A DNA stretch of 64,000 nucleotides. It comes from a virus. The stretch spans positions 1-64,000 of IMG/VR virus record IMGVR_UViG_3300042521_002634; one strand, given 5' to 3'. Made by a program: the position numbers and the translations under genes. Shown here piece after piece: positions 47,822 to 56,043 of the stretch; positions within the stretch are counted from its first letter, which is position 1, and each line of letters opens with the position of its first letter. A model generated the notes under the pieces. The model had not been told where the DNA came from and searched no databases. It worked only from the letters and a program-made list of their open reading frames with translations.

Positions 47822-49237
47822 CTAGCGAGGCGAGAACACACGGCCACCGCCGCGGCCATTGCCGTTCCTAAAGCTTGGCAAGCGTCTGTGCGCCAACGAC
47901 TTGGCTGTGATAGTTCCTCCGAGGAAGCCCGCAGGTGGCTTGATTAGCAAAGCAGTAAGTGCGTGAACTAAGGCGTCAACTCTGTCTGGTGACTTGCCTT
48001 CACCTGGAATCCATGCGCACATCTGCGACTCGAGGTCCGCAAGATAATTGACGTGATGCACGCGGTTTTGCTCGTAGGCAAGTGTGATTGGTTCAGCACG
48101 CAAGGCTTTGCCGACCTTTGAATGAACCTCAAATACTTTGATCGTTGGGTCGATTGTGTTGATGGCATTCCGCACTAGTGCGCCGCCTTGGTTTACTTCT
48201 GCTACAACAGGGCACGACCACTTGCGCGCCATTTGAACTACCGTATTGGCCCAGCGGTCTGGCGCGCCAAGAAGTGACGCGTCCTCGAGAACCCATGAAT
48301 GACGCTTGTACAAGTCACGTTCGCCTGTGGAAGCAACAACAACAATCCCGCATTCGTCGCGCGGATTCTCGGCTACGGACGGGTCGACGCCGATGCAGCG
48401 CAATGGCGCGCCAAGCGGCAGTTGTTTTTCCCGGGCGCGTTCAATCAGCTCGATAGTCCACAGCGCGCCTTCGATGTCACTAAGCATTTCACCGTAGAGC
48501 TCTTGAGCTGCCAACCGAGTGCCCTCGTAAACGCCTGTGATTGCGTCAAGATAGGTGCTTGAAAGGTTGCCCGCATTGTCAAGTGTCGAACCTCGTGACA
48601 CGACAACGCGCCCAGTTTTTTCTGCCTCGTTCAGCAAGCCGTACAGCATTGGCACACGCTTTGGCGTTGTAGTGCAGATGATTTGTGGATTGGCGCCAAG
48701 ACGAGTTGCAACTCGAACGTTGTCCCACGACGTCATGCCCGCAGCGTCTGGCGACTGACGCCACGCCGCAATCTCGTCGCACCAGGCGTAGTGAAACTGA
48801 GGACCGCGAAGGCCGTCGGGTTCGTCAGCAGTAAAGCAAGTAGCCGTATTTCCGTTGGGCCAAGTCAGACGGCGCTTCGATGGCTCGTATAGTGGGCGCT
48901 CGCTTGGCGGCGAAACAGAAATGATACCAGATTCGCCTTCAACAATTACGTCACGAACGTCGGCTGCAGTACGAGCGACAAGGGCAAAGCGAAGTTGGCC
49001 CATGTTTGTGACCTTAGCTCTATCACGAACCCACTCCGCAGCTGACCGCGTCTTACCAGCACCGCGGCCAGCGAGGTACATCCATATTGACCAGTCATCT
49101 CCCGGCGGTGGCACTTGTTCCGGCCTTGCCCAGAGTTTCCAGTCCCACACAAGAAGCTCTGGGTCGATTCCGTCGAGAACTTTGTCACGCTCTTCGCGCG
49201 GCAACTTAGCAAGCTCTTCCATGATGCTCTTGGCCAT
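47822..49237 (-). CDS. terL: terminase large subunit
   Basis: AGRGAGKT, LRGPQF, WCDE, TTTPK, GVDP, EVNQGG, SPDRVDALV. Confidence 0.95.
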   Translation of the reverse strand: MAKSIMEELAKLPREERDKVLDGIDPELLVWDWKLWARPEQVPPPGDDWSIWMYLAGRGAGKTRSAAEWVRDRAKVTNMGQLRFALVARTAADVRDVIVEGESGIISVSPPSERPLYEPSKRRLTWPNGNTATCFTADEPDGLRGPQFHYAWCDEIAAWRQSPDAAGMTSWDNVRVATRLGANPQIICTTTPKRVPMLYGLLNEAEKTGRVVVSRGSTLDNAGNLSSTYLDAITGVYEGTRLAAQELYGEMLSDIEGALWTIELIERAREKQLPLGAPLRCIGVDPSVAENPRDECGIVVVASTGERDLYKRHSWVLEDASLLGAPDRWANTVVQMARKWSCPVVAEVNQGGALVRNAINTIDPTIKVFEVHSKVGKALRAEPITLAYEQNRVHHVNYLADLESQMCAWIPGEGKSPDRVDALVHALTALLIKPPAGFLGGTITAKSLAHRRLPSFRNGNGRGGGRVFSPR

Positions 49238-49249
49238 GGAGCTATTGTA

Positions 49250-49477
49250 CTACGAAGCAGCAGCCTTGTAGCCGCAAGGGCAGTGTTTTGAAAGCATTGG
49301 CATCATCCTTGCGCCACACCTCGGGCAGGGCTCTTCAACTGCCCTGCGCGAGTGATCACGGTCGTCGTAGTGTTTGTACGAAGTTACGTCCGCATGCTTT
49401 TTGACAACATGAATCATCGCATCGTTCGCGCTGTCGTGTCTGGCATCGCAGAACTTGCACTTATGTTTGCCTGCCAC
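49250..49477 (-). CDS. small zinc-finger protein (C2H2 + ribbon)
   Basis: CKFC...H....H and CPRC...CPC; GTG start overlaps the upstream stop. Confidence 0.55.
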   Translation of the reverse strand: MAGKHKCKFCDARHDSANDAMIHVVKKHADVTSYKHYDDRDHSRRAVEEPCPRCGARMMPMLSKHCPCGYKAAAS

Positions 49478-50004
49478 TAAAGACTCCAGTGACCAAGACC
49501 ACCGTTGTTGTACAGATACTTTGCAACAGCGATGTTGCACTCGACAGCGAACAGAACGTCCAAGTGCCCAAACGGCTGTCCGCAGATCTGCATAGTCACT
49601 GTTTTCCAAGTTGAGTTGATCTGCAGCAGCCCGTAGTCTCTTGACTTGTCTCTGTTGAGAGTGCTGTTGTACGCAGTTGGAGTGCATCTTGACTCGCGCC
49701 AAGCGATGAATGAAAACTGTTCAACTGGCAAACCTGCCTCAGCAAACAGCGGCTCAAATTCCGGGCAGCGTCTACTTGACTCTACTGACAGCGCCTTTAT
49801 CGAGCTTTCTGCAACTGAAGTGCTAGTAACTGGCGCCGCATCAATCTCGACAGCAGGCGCCACGCTTGAAGGCGTAGTTTCTGTTGCGATTTCTACACGA
49901 ACTGGCTGCAGATCCGCAGGCTCACCAAATGTCACGCTTAAACTAAAAGAAGTCAAAGAGTAGCAAACGGCAGCACCAATTGTCACCTTGGTAGACGTCC
50001 GCAT
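49477..50004 (-). CDS. secreted lytic transglycosylase (SLT / lysozyme-like)
   Basis: N-terminal hydrophobic segment; RESRC, DYGLLQIN, NIAVAKYLY..GLGHW. Confidence 0.8.
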   Translation of the reverse strand: MRTSTKVTIGAAVCYSLTSFSLSVTFGEPADLQPVRVEIATETTPSSVAPAVEIDAAPVTSTSVAESSIKALSVESSRRCPEFEPLFAEAGLPVEQFSFIAWRESRCTPTAYNSTLNRDKSRDYGLLQINSTWKTVTMQICGQPFGHLDVLFAVECNIAVAKYLYNNGGLGHWSL

Positions 50005-50005
50005 G

Positions 50006-50347
50006 TTAGCGTCTCGAGTTTACGTCAAGGTCTTCTGTTCTAAGCATTACTGACCACACGCTGGACAGCGCGTTGCAGAATCTGTCATCACGCAGATGAT
50101 GCATTCTGTTTTTGTAGTTGTCGTAGTCAAGTTCTTCAACCGCATTGAGCAAGAACTTTTGCCAAGACTCGTCTTTGATGAAGACACGATACGGGTAGTC
50201 TGAACCTGCATGCGTGATGATGTCAGCTTCTGCAAAGTCTGCAATTGCCTGAATCGACTCGAGATCTCGAGCACGCACTACGAGCGCGTCTGCATCTTCG
50301 CGGTGGCGAACCGCACTTAAAAAGCCTGTCTGTGTAAATACCCACAT
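50006..50347 (-). CDS. conserved phage hypothetical protein
   Basis: MWVFTQTGFLSAV..LVVRAR..DYPYR..LDYDNYK; AGGAG SD. Confidence 0.7.
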   Translation of the reverse strand: MWVFTQTGFLSAVRHREDADALVVRARDLESIQAIADFAEADIITHAGSDYPYRVFIKDESWQKFLLNAVEELDYDNYKNRMHHLRDDRFCNALSSVWSVMLRTEDLDVNSRR

Positions 50348-50414
50348 TATTATTTCTCCTTGTCATTTTGTCTTTTTGCGTAGCGGGATTGCTACGACTT
50401 TATTCAGCGCGATG

Positions 50415-50600
50415 CTAGATGTTGGTTTCTTCCATCGCTTGAATTTCTTCAAGTGACGCAGACTCTACCGTAACCGAGCTGCCGTACTCTTCTCTCATTG
50501 AACGAGCGTATGAAACGCGACGCTCAGGAGTGACATACGCGACGATGGACTTACCATCACGCGTGATTGTCGTAACCTTGTACATTTCTGGTTCTTTCAT
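50415..50600 (-). CDS. small hypothetical protein
   Basis: AAGGAG SD; upstream promoter variant. Confidence 0.6.
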   Translation of the reverse strand: MKEPEMYKVTTITRDGKSIVAYVTPERRVSYARSMREEYGSSVTVESASLEEIQAMEETNI

Positions 50601-50634
50601 TTCTGTCTCCTTTGTTAGTTCATTATACACTGCT

Positions 50635-51201
50635 TTAGAATCCAAACTTTTTTCGACACTCAGGTCCAAGTTGCAACTCACGAGAGCGAACATCTGTGAG
50701 CTCAGCTCCACATGAACCGCAGCACGAGTAGTGCTTGCCGAAGAGTTGCGTGTACTTGTACGGATCAACCGAGAGAATTGCGACGACTTCTTTAGTCTGC
50801 TCCGCTGTAAGCTTGCCGCGGTTAAACGCGCCCGGAGCTCCATGGAGCGTGCGAATGTAGAGAGTGTTCATGTACTCTTTGATCTCAACAAAAAGCAAGT
50901 CATTTGCTACTTTGACTGACGACAGCTCGAGTTCGTCCGCAGGGATTGCGTACTTTGATTTCGGCACGCTTGCGAGAAGTGTCTGCATTCCGCCGGTCGC
51001 TTTCACGCGCTTAGGCAGCGCCAGAAACGAGCTGATGTCCGAGCTTGCGTGCGACTTTGTGTAGTGGCCAGCAGAGATCGTGTCTTCAATGTGCTCCGCA
51101 GTATCCGCGTCAACCTCTCGGGTTGCGAGCAAGTCGCGGACAAAGCTGATCTGCTTTGGAGTCGCCATGTGGCGAAGTGTGTCTACGGCAGTAATTGTCA
51201 T
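50635..51201 (-). CDS. DUF6011-like zinc-ribbon protein
   Basis: ATPKQI N-terminus; CGSCGAELTD..S....LGPEC. Confidence 0.75.
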   Translation of the reverse strand: MTITAVDTLRHMATPKQISFVRDLLATREVDADTAEHIEDTISAGHYTKSHASSDISSFLALPKRVKATGGMQTLLASVPKSKYAIPADELELSSVKVANDLLFVEIKEYMNTLYIRTLHGAPGAFNRGKLTAEQTKEVVAILSVDPYKYTQLFGKHYSCCGSCGAELTDVRSRELQLGPECRKKFGF

Positions 51202-51299
51202 AACGTCCTTCAGTCGGGCCAAGCGGGTTTGCTTGACAATTAAATTATATAAACTCTGGAAAATGCTCAACTAAACTCGAGTTGAGAAGACTGCTTGAA

Positions 51300-51325
51300 G
51301 AGCCGGGCCCCAACCGGCCCGGCTC
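51300..51325. terminator. GC-rich hairpin
   Basis: GAGCCGGGCC-ccaacc-GGCCCGGCTC. Confidence 0.65.
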
Positions 51326-51336
51326 CTCGAATTCAA

Positions 51337-51642
51337 TTAGAATTCGTAGCAGTAGTATTCGTGGCGCTCGCCGACGTAGAGCTTGAGGCCGCCTCTCATC
51401 GAGGATCCTTGCAGTACGTACTGGCCATTCGCGCGAAGCGTGAACGTCATTGTTTCGCCTTGTGGATTTGGTGTGATAATCCACTGATTGCTCATTGGCG
51501 CACCGGTTGCAACAGCGTTGTCGCGTTGGGCGACCACTGTTTTGTTGTTTTCACTGACCGCGATAACAGTCATCGCAATCGTGTCGGCGCAGAATGAGAC
51601 GGATGCTCCCATTCCAATTTCTGGTTTAATCATGGTTTTCAT
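51337..51642 (-). CDS. hypothetical early protein
   Basis: AAAGGA SD and promoter repeat; PEIGMGAS...YYCYEF. Confidence 0.7.
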   Translation of the reverse strand: MKTMIKPEIGMGASVSFCADTIAMTVIAVSENNKTVVAQRDNAVATGAPMSNQWIITPNPQGETMTFTLRANGQYVLQGSSMRGGLKLYVGERHEYYCYEF

Positions 51643-51710
51643 TTTTGTCCTTTCGTCGTTGTCAGGCTTGTTTGCTTGACAAGATAAATATATCATCTCT
51701 GGAACTCGAG

Positions 51711-51735
51711 TGGCCGGCCAGTTTGTGGCCGGCCG
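51711..51735. terminator. hairpin bracketed by two CTCGAG sites
   Basis: TGGCCGGCCA-gtttg-TGGCCGGCCG between CTCGAG at 51705 and 51743. Confidence 0.65.
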
Positions 51736-51749
51736 GCCGAACCTCGAGT

Positions 51750-52118
51750 TTAGCGGTTTGGGTAGAAGGGAATGTTAAGCAGTTTGCAGTGAGCGTCGAT
51801 GAAGTCGATGATTGGTTTGCCGAATGCCGATATGCAGTCGTCGAAGTCGTCGCAGAAGTCTGAACCGGCGTAGTCGTAGCGTACGCCGTAGTTAAGTGTT
51901 TCGTCGGCTGAAAAGCCGATATTGACGAAGTCGAAGACGTTGCCGTTGTAGTCGTGGCTGAAGTTGTTGAAAAACTCAGTGGTTTCGGTTGGGTCGTCGA
52001 TGCCGGACTTAGTTGTAAGTAAGTAGGCGAGTGACAGTTTTGCGTCGAAGCTGACAGTTTCGTTGTCGATGTCGGTAAGCGTGATTTCGTAGGTGTCAGT
52101 TTTGAGTTGCGTTTTCAT
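51750..52118 (-). CDS. acidic hypothetical early protein
   Basis: Promoter repeat and SD; strong NNC codon bias. Confidence 0.75.
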   Translation of the reverse strand: MKTQLKTDTYEITLTDIDNETVSFDAKLSLAYLLTTKSGIDDPTETTEFFNNFSHDYNGNVFDFVNIGFSADETLNYGVRYDYAGSDFCDDFDDCISAFGKPIIDFIDAHCKLLNIPFYPNR

Positions 52119-52173
52119 TTTTGTCCTTTTGTCGTTGTTGGTATATACATTATACAAACTCTGGAACTCGAGT

Positions 52174-52335
52174 CTACTGATCGTTCAACCGTACAGCAAT
52201 CAGTCCAGCCAACCCAAAGGCTATCGGCACAGGTGTGTTGGCGCCGGCAATGGCAGAAACGACTGAGACTACTCCGCAGCCTGCTGCCACTACCGACGTC
52301 CAAATAACGTCACGAAAACGTGAACGCCAGTTCAT
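52174..52335 (-). CDS. 53-aa membrane protein
   Basis: Not in the ORF track. MNWRSRFRDVIWTSVVAAGCGVVSVVSAIAG...; TAATG coupling to the HTH gene; its TAG abuts the repeat. Confidence 0.6.
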   Translation of the reverse strand: MNWRSRFRDVIWTSVVAAGCGVVSVVSAIAGANTPVPIAFGLAGLIAVRLNDQ

Positions 52336-52514
52336 TAGGCCTTGCGGCGAGTGCGACCCTTGAGACGCGACGAAGCATCGCGAACTGGAGTGCCTGCTTC
52401 ATTGATAAGTTTACGGGCCTTGCCGTAGGTTACGCCCAAAGCTTGAGCTACTTCTACAATTGGCTTTCCTTCTGCGTAAAGCTGCGCTGCAGCTTGTGGA
52501 GTTGGAGTTGACAT
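52335..52514 (-). CDS. small HTH DNA-binding protein
   Basis: LYAEGKPIVEVAQALGVTYGKARKLINEAG..R; GAGG SD at the ATG 52514. Confidence 0.75.
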   Translation of the reverse strand: MSTPTPQAAAQLYAEGKPIVEVAQALGVTYGKARKLINEAGTPVRDASSRLKGRTRRKA

Positions 52515-52771
52515 TATTCCTCGTTTCGTTGTTTGTTGTTTGTGCCGCACTGGCTCGTCAGTTGGCGTCATTGCCAACTGAGCTCGGGAGCGTGCGATAA
52601 GCTCCTCCGCCTCGACGAGTAGCATTTCGCTACTCACGATCAAACTCATTAGTTCGCTCGATAAGGCTGAAGTCATTTAGTTTCTTTCTCAGCAACGCGT
52701 TCTCTATTTCTAGCTCCGCGTTTCGTCTTTGTAAGTAACTCATTGACCATTCTTCTTCCTTTGTCATAGCG

Positions 52772-53053
52772 TCAGATCGATGGTATATCATTTTCGTCAT
52801 AAAGTACACCTTGATCCGCATCTTTTTTAGGAGCTACTACTCCAAGTAAGGTTTTTGAATCTTTTTGCGCAAAACGCTTGACAGACCACACAGTTGCGAA
52901 GTGCACCGCTGGCAGCAGCAGCCCAAGGCTCGTGATGAAGACGATGCCGGCTGCGAGACTTGTTTCTCCAACAAACGGAATAACAATCAGTGGAATAGCA
53001 ATTGCTAAACTTAAAAAGATAGCCGCAAACGTTCCTGGTTGATTTTTTGTCAC
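52772..53053 (-). CDS. two-TM membrane protein
   Basis: Two hydrophobic helices; GAGG SD before the GTG. Confidence 0.6.
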   Translation of the reverse strand: MTKNQPGTFAAIFLSLAIAIPLIVIPFVGETSLAAGIVFITSLGLLLPAVHFATVWSVKRFAQKDSKTLLGVVAPKKDADQGVLYDENDIPSI

Positions 53054-53185
53054 TTGTTCCTCACTTTCAATTTTAATATACCACAATTGCAACCGCTCAG
53101 ATCATTTACACGACCTCAGCCAGCCACTTTTCAATTCCAGCCGGCGAAGTGACTCACAAACGCAGTGCGTGCCTGTGCAGACAGT

Positions 53186-53443
53186 CTAGCCCTGGGTTGG
53201 CAGCTGAATTTCTTGCCCAGGGTAGATTGTAGACGTGCCAAGGTTTAGAACTAAGTCGTCCATGGCATTTACAACGTTGCCTGAGCAATTTGCCTGAGCG
53301 ATGCCGTGTAGCGTCTGGCCTTCCTGCACTGTCACGGCCGGCGAGTTGCAAGTGTACTTGCCACTCTCTTGCGCGACCTTGACTAAGCCTACAGCCGCAA
53401 CTGCTGCCAGGGCAACAAAAAACATTTTACGTGCTTTCGTCAT
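53186..53443 (-). CDS. membrane-anchored LysM protein
   Basis: N-terminal TM; VTVQEGQTLHGIA...IYPGQEIQLP. Confidence 0.8.
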   Translation of the reverse strand: MTKARKMFFVALAAVAAVGLVKVAQESGKYTCNSPAVTVQEGQTLHGIAQANCSGNVVNAMDDLVLNLGTSTIYPGQEIQLPTQG

Positions 53444-53552
53444 TTAAGTCTCCTTCGTCATTGTAGTTGATAGTACTATTTTAACTTCTTTGGAACTGAG
53501 TTCCCTAAAGCTTAGCAGCCCGGGCGACGATTCCCGGGCGCCAGCGATCTAA

Positions 53553-53777
53553 CTAATAAGCGTACGAGTTTGAGTGACCCCAGACACGTTGATGTACCGC
53601 CGCGATGTCCGCAGCCTGCTCGTTGCTTTCGCATTCCATCTTTAAAATGACGGAATCGCTCGAGTCACCAGTCGGGCTTGCGAACCAAAGTTCAAGGGTT
53701 TTGCCGTAGAGCATGTAACCTCTGAACGCGCCTTTGCTCTCTCGAACAGTCGAGAGTGCTTCGTCTGTCATTGCCAT
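53553..53777 (-). CDS. hypothetical early protein
   Basis: SD and promoter repeat. Confidence 0.65.
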   Translation of the reverse strand: MAMTDEALSTVRESKGAFRGYMLYGKTLELWFASPTGDSSDSVILKMECESNEQAADIAAVHQRVWGHSNSYAY

Positions 53778-53842
53778 TTCATTTCGTCCTTTCGTAAGTG
53801 CCAACCATTTTGGCTGACAGAATTATATTAACTTCTCTGGAA

Positions 53843-54013
53843 TCAATGCCCGTAGCGTCGAAGCAGCTCGCACGCGATTGTCATCGGATACGATGACGCG
53901 ACATTGCGAACTACCTCCGCAACGATGTCGTCTTCGCCCAGATCCGGGTAATCGGCTTTCGCGTCTTGGATACCGATCTGTACCTCGACGAGAGCGTCAT
54001 TTAACGTTCTCAT
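53843..54013 (-). CDS. 56-aa acidic hypothetical protein
   Basis: Not in the ORF track. MRTLNDALVEVQIGIQDAKADYPDLGEDD...; SD present; its TGA abuts the next repeat. Confidence 0.65.
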   Translation of the reverse strand: MRTLNDALVEVQIGIQDAKADYPDLGEDDIVAEVVRNVASSYPMTIACELLRRYGH

Positions 54014-54155
54014 GCTCATCCTTTCGTCGTTGATAGATACAATGTATCATCTCCGGAACTGAAGTCGTAGGCCGGCTTAGTCAGAGTCCGCTCTAGTTCC
54101 GGAGATGATATATTTATCTCATCAGCACAACGCTGGTAACGACGAAAGGACGAAA

Positions 54156-54404
54156 ATGAAAAAATGGTGCTTGCTTAAAGGAAGCGACATCGGCCCAATG
54201 GGACGAGGTCAGAATGGCAAGAAGAAAGTCTACGAGGTAATCGCAGATGGTTCAGTGTTGCGTTGCTCGTGGGGCATGGCAGAGAAGATCAACCGCCAGT
54301 CAAGCGTGCAAGTGTATCACTCAGGCCAAGCAGCAATGTCAGCCGCGTACGAAAAAGTGTACGCAAAGCGAGACAAGGGATACGCTCTAGCTTACGAAGT
54401 TTAA
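54156..54404 (+). CDS. stand-alone WGR-like domain protein
   Basis: KKVYEV...LRCSWG...Q......A....K....K..KGY. Confidence 0.65.
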   Translation: MKKWCLLKGSDIGPMGRGQNGKKKVYEVIADGSVLRCSWGMAEKINRQSSVQVYHSGQAAMSAAYEKVYAKRDKGYALAYEV

Positions 54405-54424
54405 TCTTCGTAAATGGTAAGTCA

Positions 54425-54449
54425 GCCAGCCGGCCAAACCGGCTGGCTA
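54425..54449. terminator. hairpin preceding a promoter repeat
   Basis: AGCCAGCCGG-ccaaa-CCGGCTGGCT; a related hairpin lies at about 54748-54772. Confidence 0.65.
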
Positions 54450-54481
54450 ACTCCAGTTTCCAGAGTTGTTATATTGATTAC

Positions 54482-54733
54482 ATGACAAACATACAAACAC
54501 ACCAAATAATCAACATCCATCACGAACCTGAATACTTGACTACTGTCACGTTTAACTACTACGGCGACCCGTACGCCATATCGCACATCGGCAACCTAAA
54601 CGGCATCGACAGCTACTGCGTAAACAGCGTCAACAGCAACGAGTACTACGAATACCTCGCTGCCAACTGCGACTTCATCGTCGACTTGCTCAAAAATAAT
54701 CCGCGCATCGACGCCGCGCTTCACAGCAAATAA
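54482..54733 (+). CDS. leaderless Asn/Tyr/Ile-rich hypothetical protein
   Basis: TCCAGAG-N4-TATATT-N6-ATG; flanked by two similar hairpins. Confidence 0.7.
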   Translation: MTNIQTHQIINIHHEPEYLTTVTFNYYGDPYAISHIGNLNGIDSYCVNSVNSNEYYEYLAANCDFIVDLLKNNPRIDAALHSK

Positions 54734-54779
54734 CAAATAAATAATCGGCCAGCCGACTAAAAACCGGCTGGCTATTTAT

Positions 54780-54965
54780 TTACACCGCGCCAAAGTTGCG
54801 TTCAGTCCGCACGCGCTCGAGTTCTTGATTTAGGCTTTCAACTTTAGTCCGCAGCATTTGTATCTCTTCAGCTGCGTTTCTCATCACAGGCGCGGACGGA
54901 CCAAGTCCATTGCGTTCTGCCAGCGCAAGAAGACGCCATACAACATCGATTGAACCATCGATCAC
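54780..54965 (-). CDS. small coiled-coil hypothetical protein
   Basis: DVVWRL..AAEEIQMLR. Confidence 0.55.
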   Translation of the reverse strand: MIDGSIDVVWRLLALAERNGLGPSAPVMRNAAEEIQMLRTKVESLNQELERVRTERNFGAV

Positions 54966-55162
54966 TTAACTAGTTCCATGGCCACTCCAGTTGACGTGTG
55001 CTCTTTCGGATTGTGGCACACTGGCGGCTCAGATACTTTCACATGAAGAATGACAGTCTCGCCACACTTTGGGCATTTCCATTTATCTTTTCGTTTTGGC
55101 AAGCGCTCGTTGCGATCTGTAGCGCCACCGCTTTCCTCTTCTTCTGCGGCTGCTTCGTTCAT
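54962..55162 (-). CDS. small Zn-ribbon protein
   Basis: WKCPKCG...PVC....H; AGGAG SD. Confidence 0.6.
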   Translation of the reverse strand: MNEAAAEEEESGGATDRNERLPKRKDKWKCPKCGETVILHVKVSEPPVCHNPKEHTSTGVAMELVK

Positions 55163-55230
55163 TGGTACTCCTTTTAGACAATAGTAGTTGTTAAGTATAC
55201 CACGTTCTCCAGATAGATTCTGCGACTGAC

Positions 55231-55470
55231 TTAACGAGTTCGGCGTGCAGTGCGCCGCAGCCTACGCCGCTCATTACCAGTAAGTCCGCCCCAGACGCCG
55301 ATCTGTTCGTTGTCTAGCGCGTAGTCCAAACACTCCTGCCTGACTAAGCACCCAGCGCAGACGACCTTGGCCTGCCGCGTGACTATACGCGATTTCTCGT
55401 TATGGAACAAATCTCCTTTGCCGGCGCACGCCGCATGCTGCATCCAATGCTGCTGCTTAGCGATGCGCAT
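55231..55470 (-). CDS. whiB: WhiB-family transcription factor
   Basis: W...AAC..DLF..AKVVCAGC.VRQECL.YAL..GVWGGLT..ER. Confidence 0.95.
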   Translation of the reverse strand: MRIAKQQHWMQHAACAGKGDLFHNEKSRIVTRQAKVVCAGCLVRQECLDYALDNEQIGVWGGLTGNERRRLRRTARRTR

Positions 55471-55874
55471 TACTTCACCCCTACTGGGGTGAAGTAACGC
55501 TTGACTGATTCTTGGAAGAATGAATGCTTCCCAGTCGCAACCTCACGTACGTAAATTGGGTACTTCGACCGCGAAGCCGCGATACCCGCAAACGCATACT
55601 CTTTTCCATTGACTGAGAAAGTCTTTCCAAGAAGACCTTCCGGCAAGTCGTACATCGAACCAAAACGAATGTAATCTGTCGCTTCTACTGAAGCGAGATT
55701 GACTCCATTTGGTCCAGTCTCGACTGGCTGAGCTTCAATCTTGAGTGAGTAAAGTTGTCCGTACTTTATGGAGACTTTGCCTCGCTCGAGACCATGTTTT
55801 GCGAAGATTGCCACTGCAGCTTTTTCAAGCTCGTTAGTAATTTCCTGCGCAAGTGATCTGCTTACTGCTGTCAT
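55470..55874 (-). CDS. hypothetical early protein
   Basis: Promoter repeat and SD; LGKTF..G...SRSKYPI. Confidence 0.7.
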   Translation of the reverse strand: MTAVSRSLAQEITNELEKAAVAIFAKHGLERGKVSIKYGQLYSLKIEAQPVETGPNGVNLASVEATDYIRFGSMYDLPEGLLGKTFSVNGKEYAFAGIAASRSKYPIYVREVATGKHSFFQESVKRYFTPVGVK

Positions 55875-56043
55875 TTGTTTGTCCTTTCGTAGTTGACAAG
55901 TTAATTATAACAAACTCTGGAAACTTAAACAAGTGATTACTTTATGTAAAACCACCACAGATCTTCTTCTTTTTCTTCTTCTAGCCTCGCTCGAGGCGCC
56001 GGCTGCCACAGCCACAGCATTGCGCGTTTGACAGCCGCGAGCA

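Noticed and set aside
484-50000. Numerous plus-strand and alternative-frame ORFs in the track (e.g. 13899..14207, 17761..18327, 1697..2161 full length)
   Set aside because: They are shadows of well-supported minus-strand genes or of repeats, and lack SDs and motifs.
54482-54733. Diversity-generating retroelement template (AAC-rich)
   Set aside because: No reverse transcriptase and no second copy differing only at adenines was seen.
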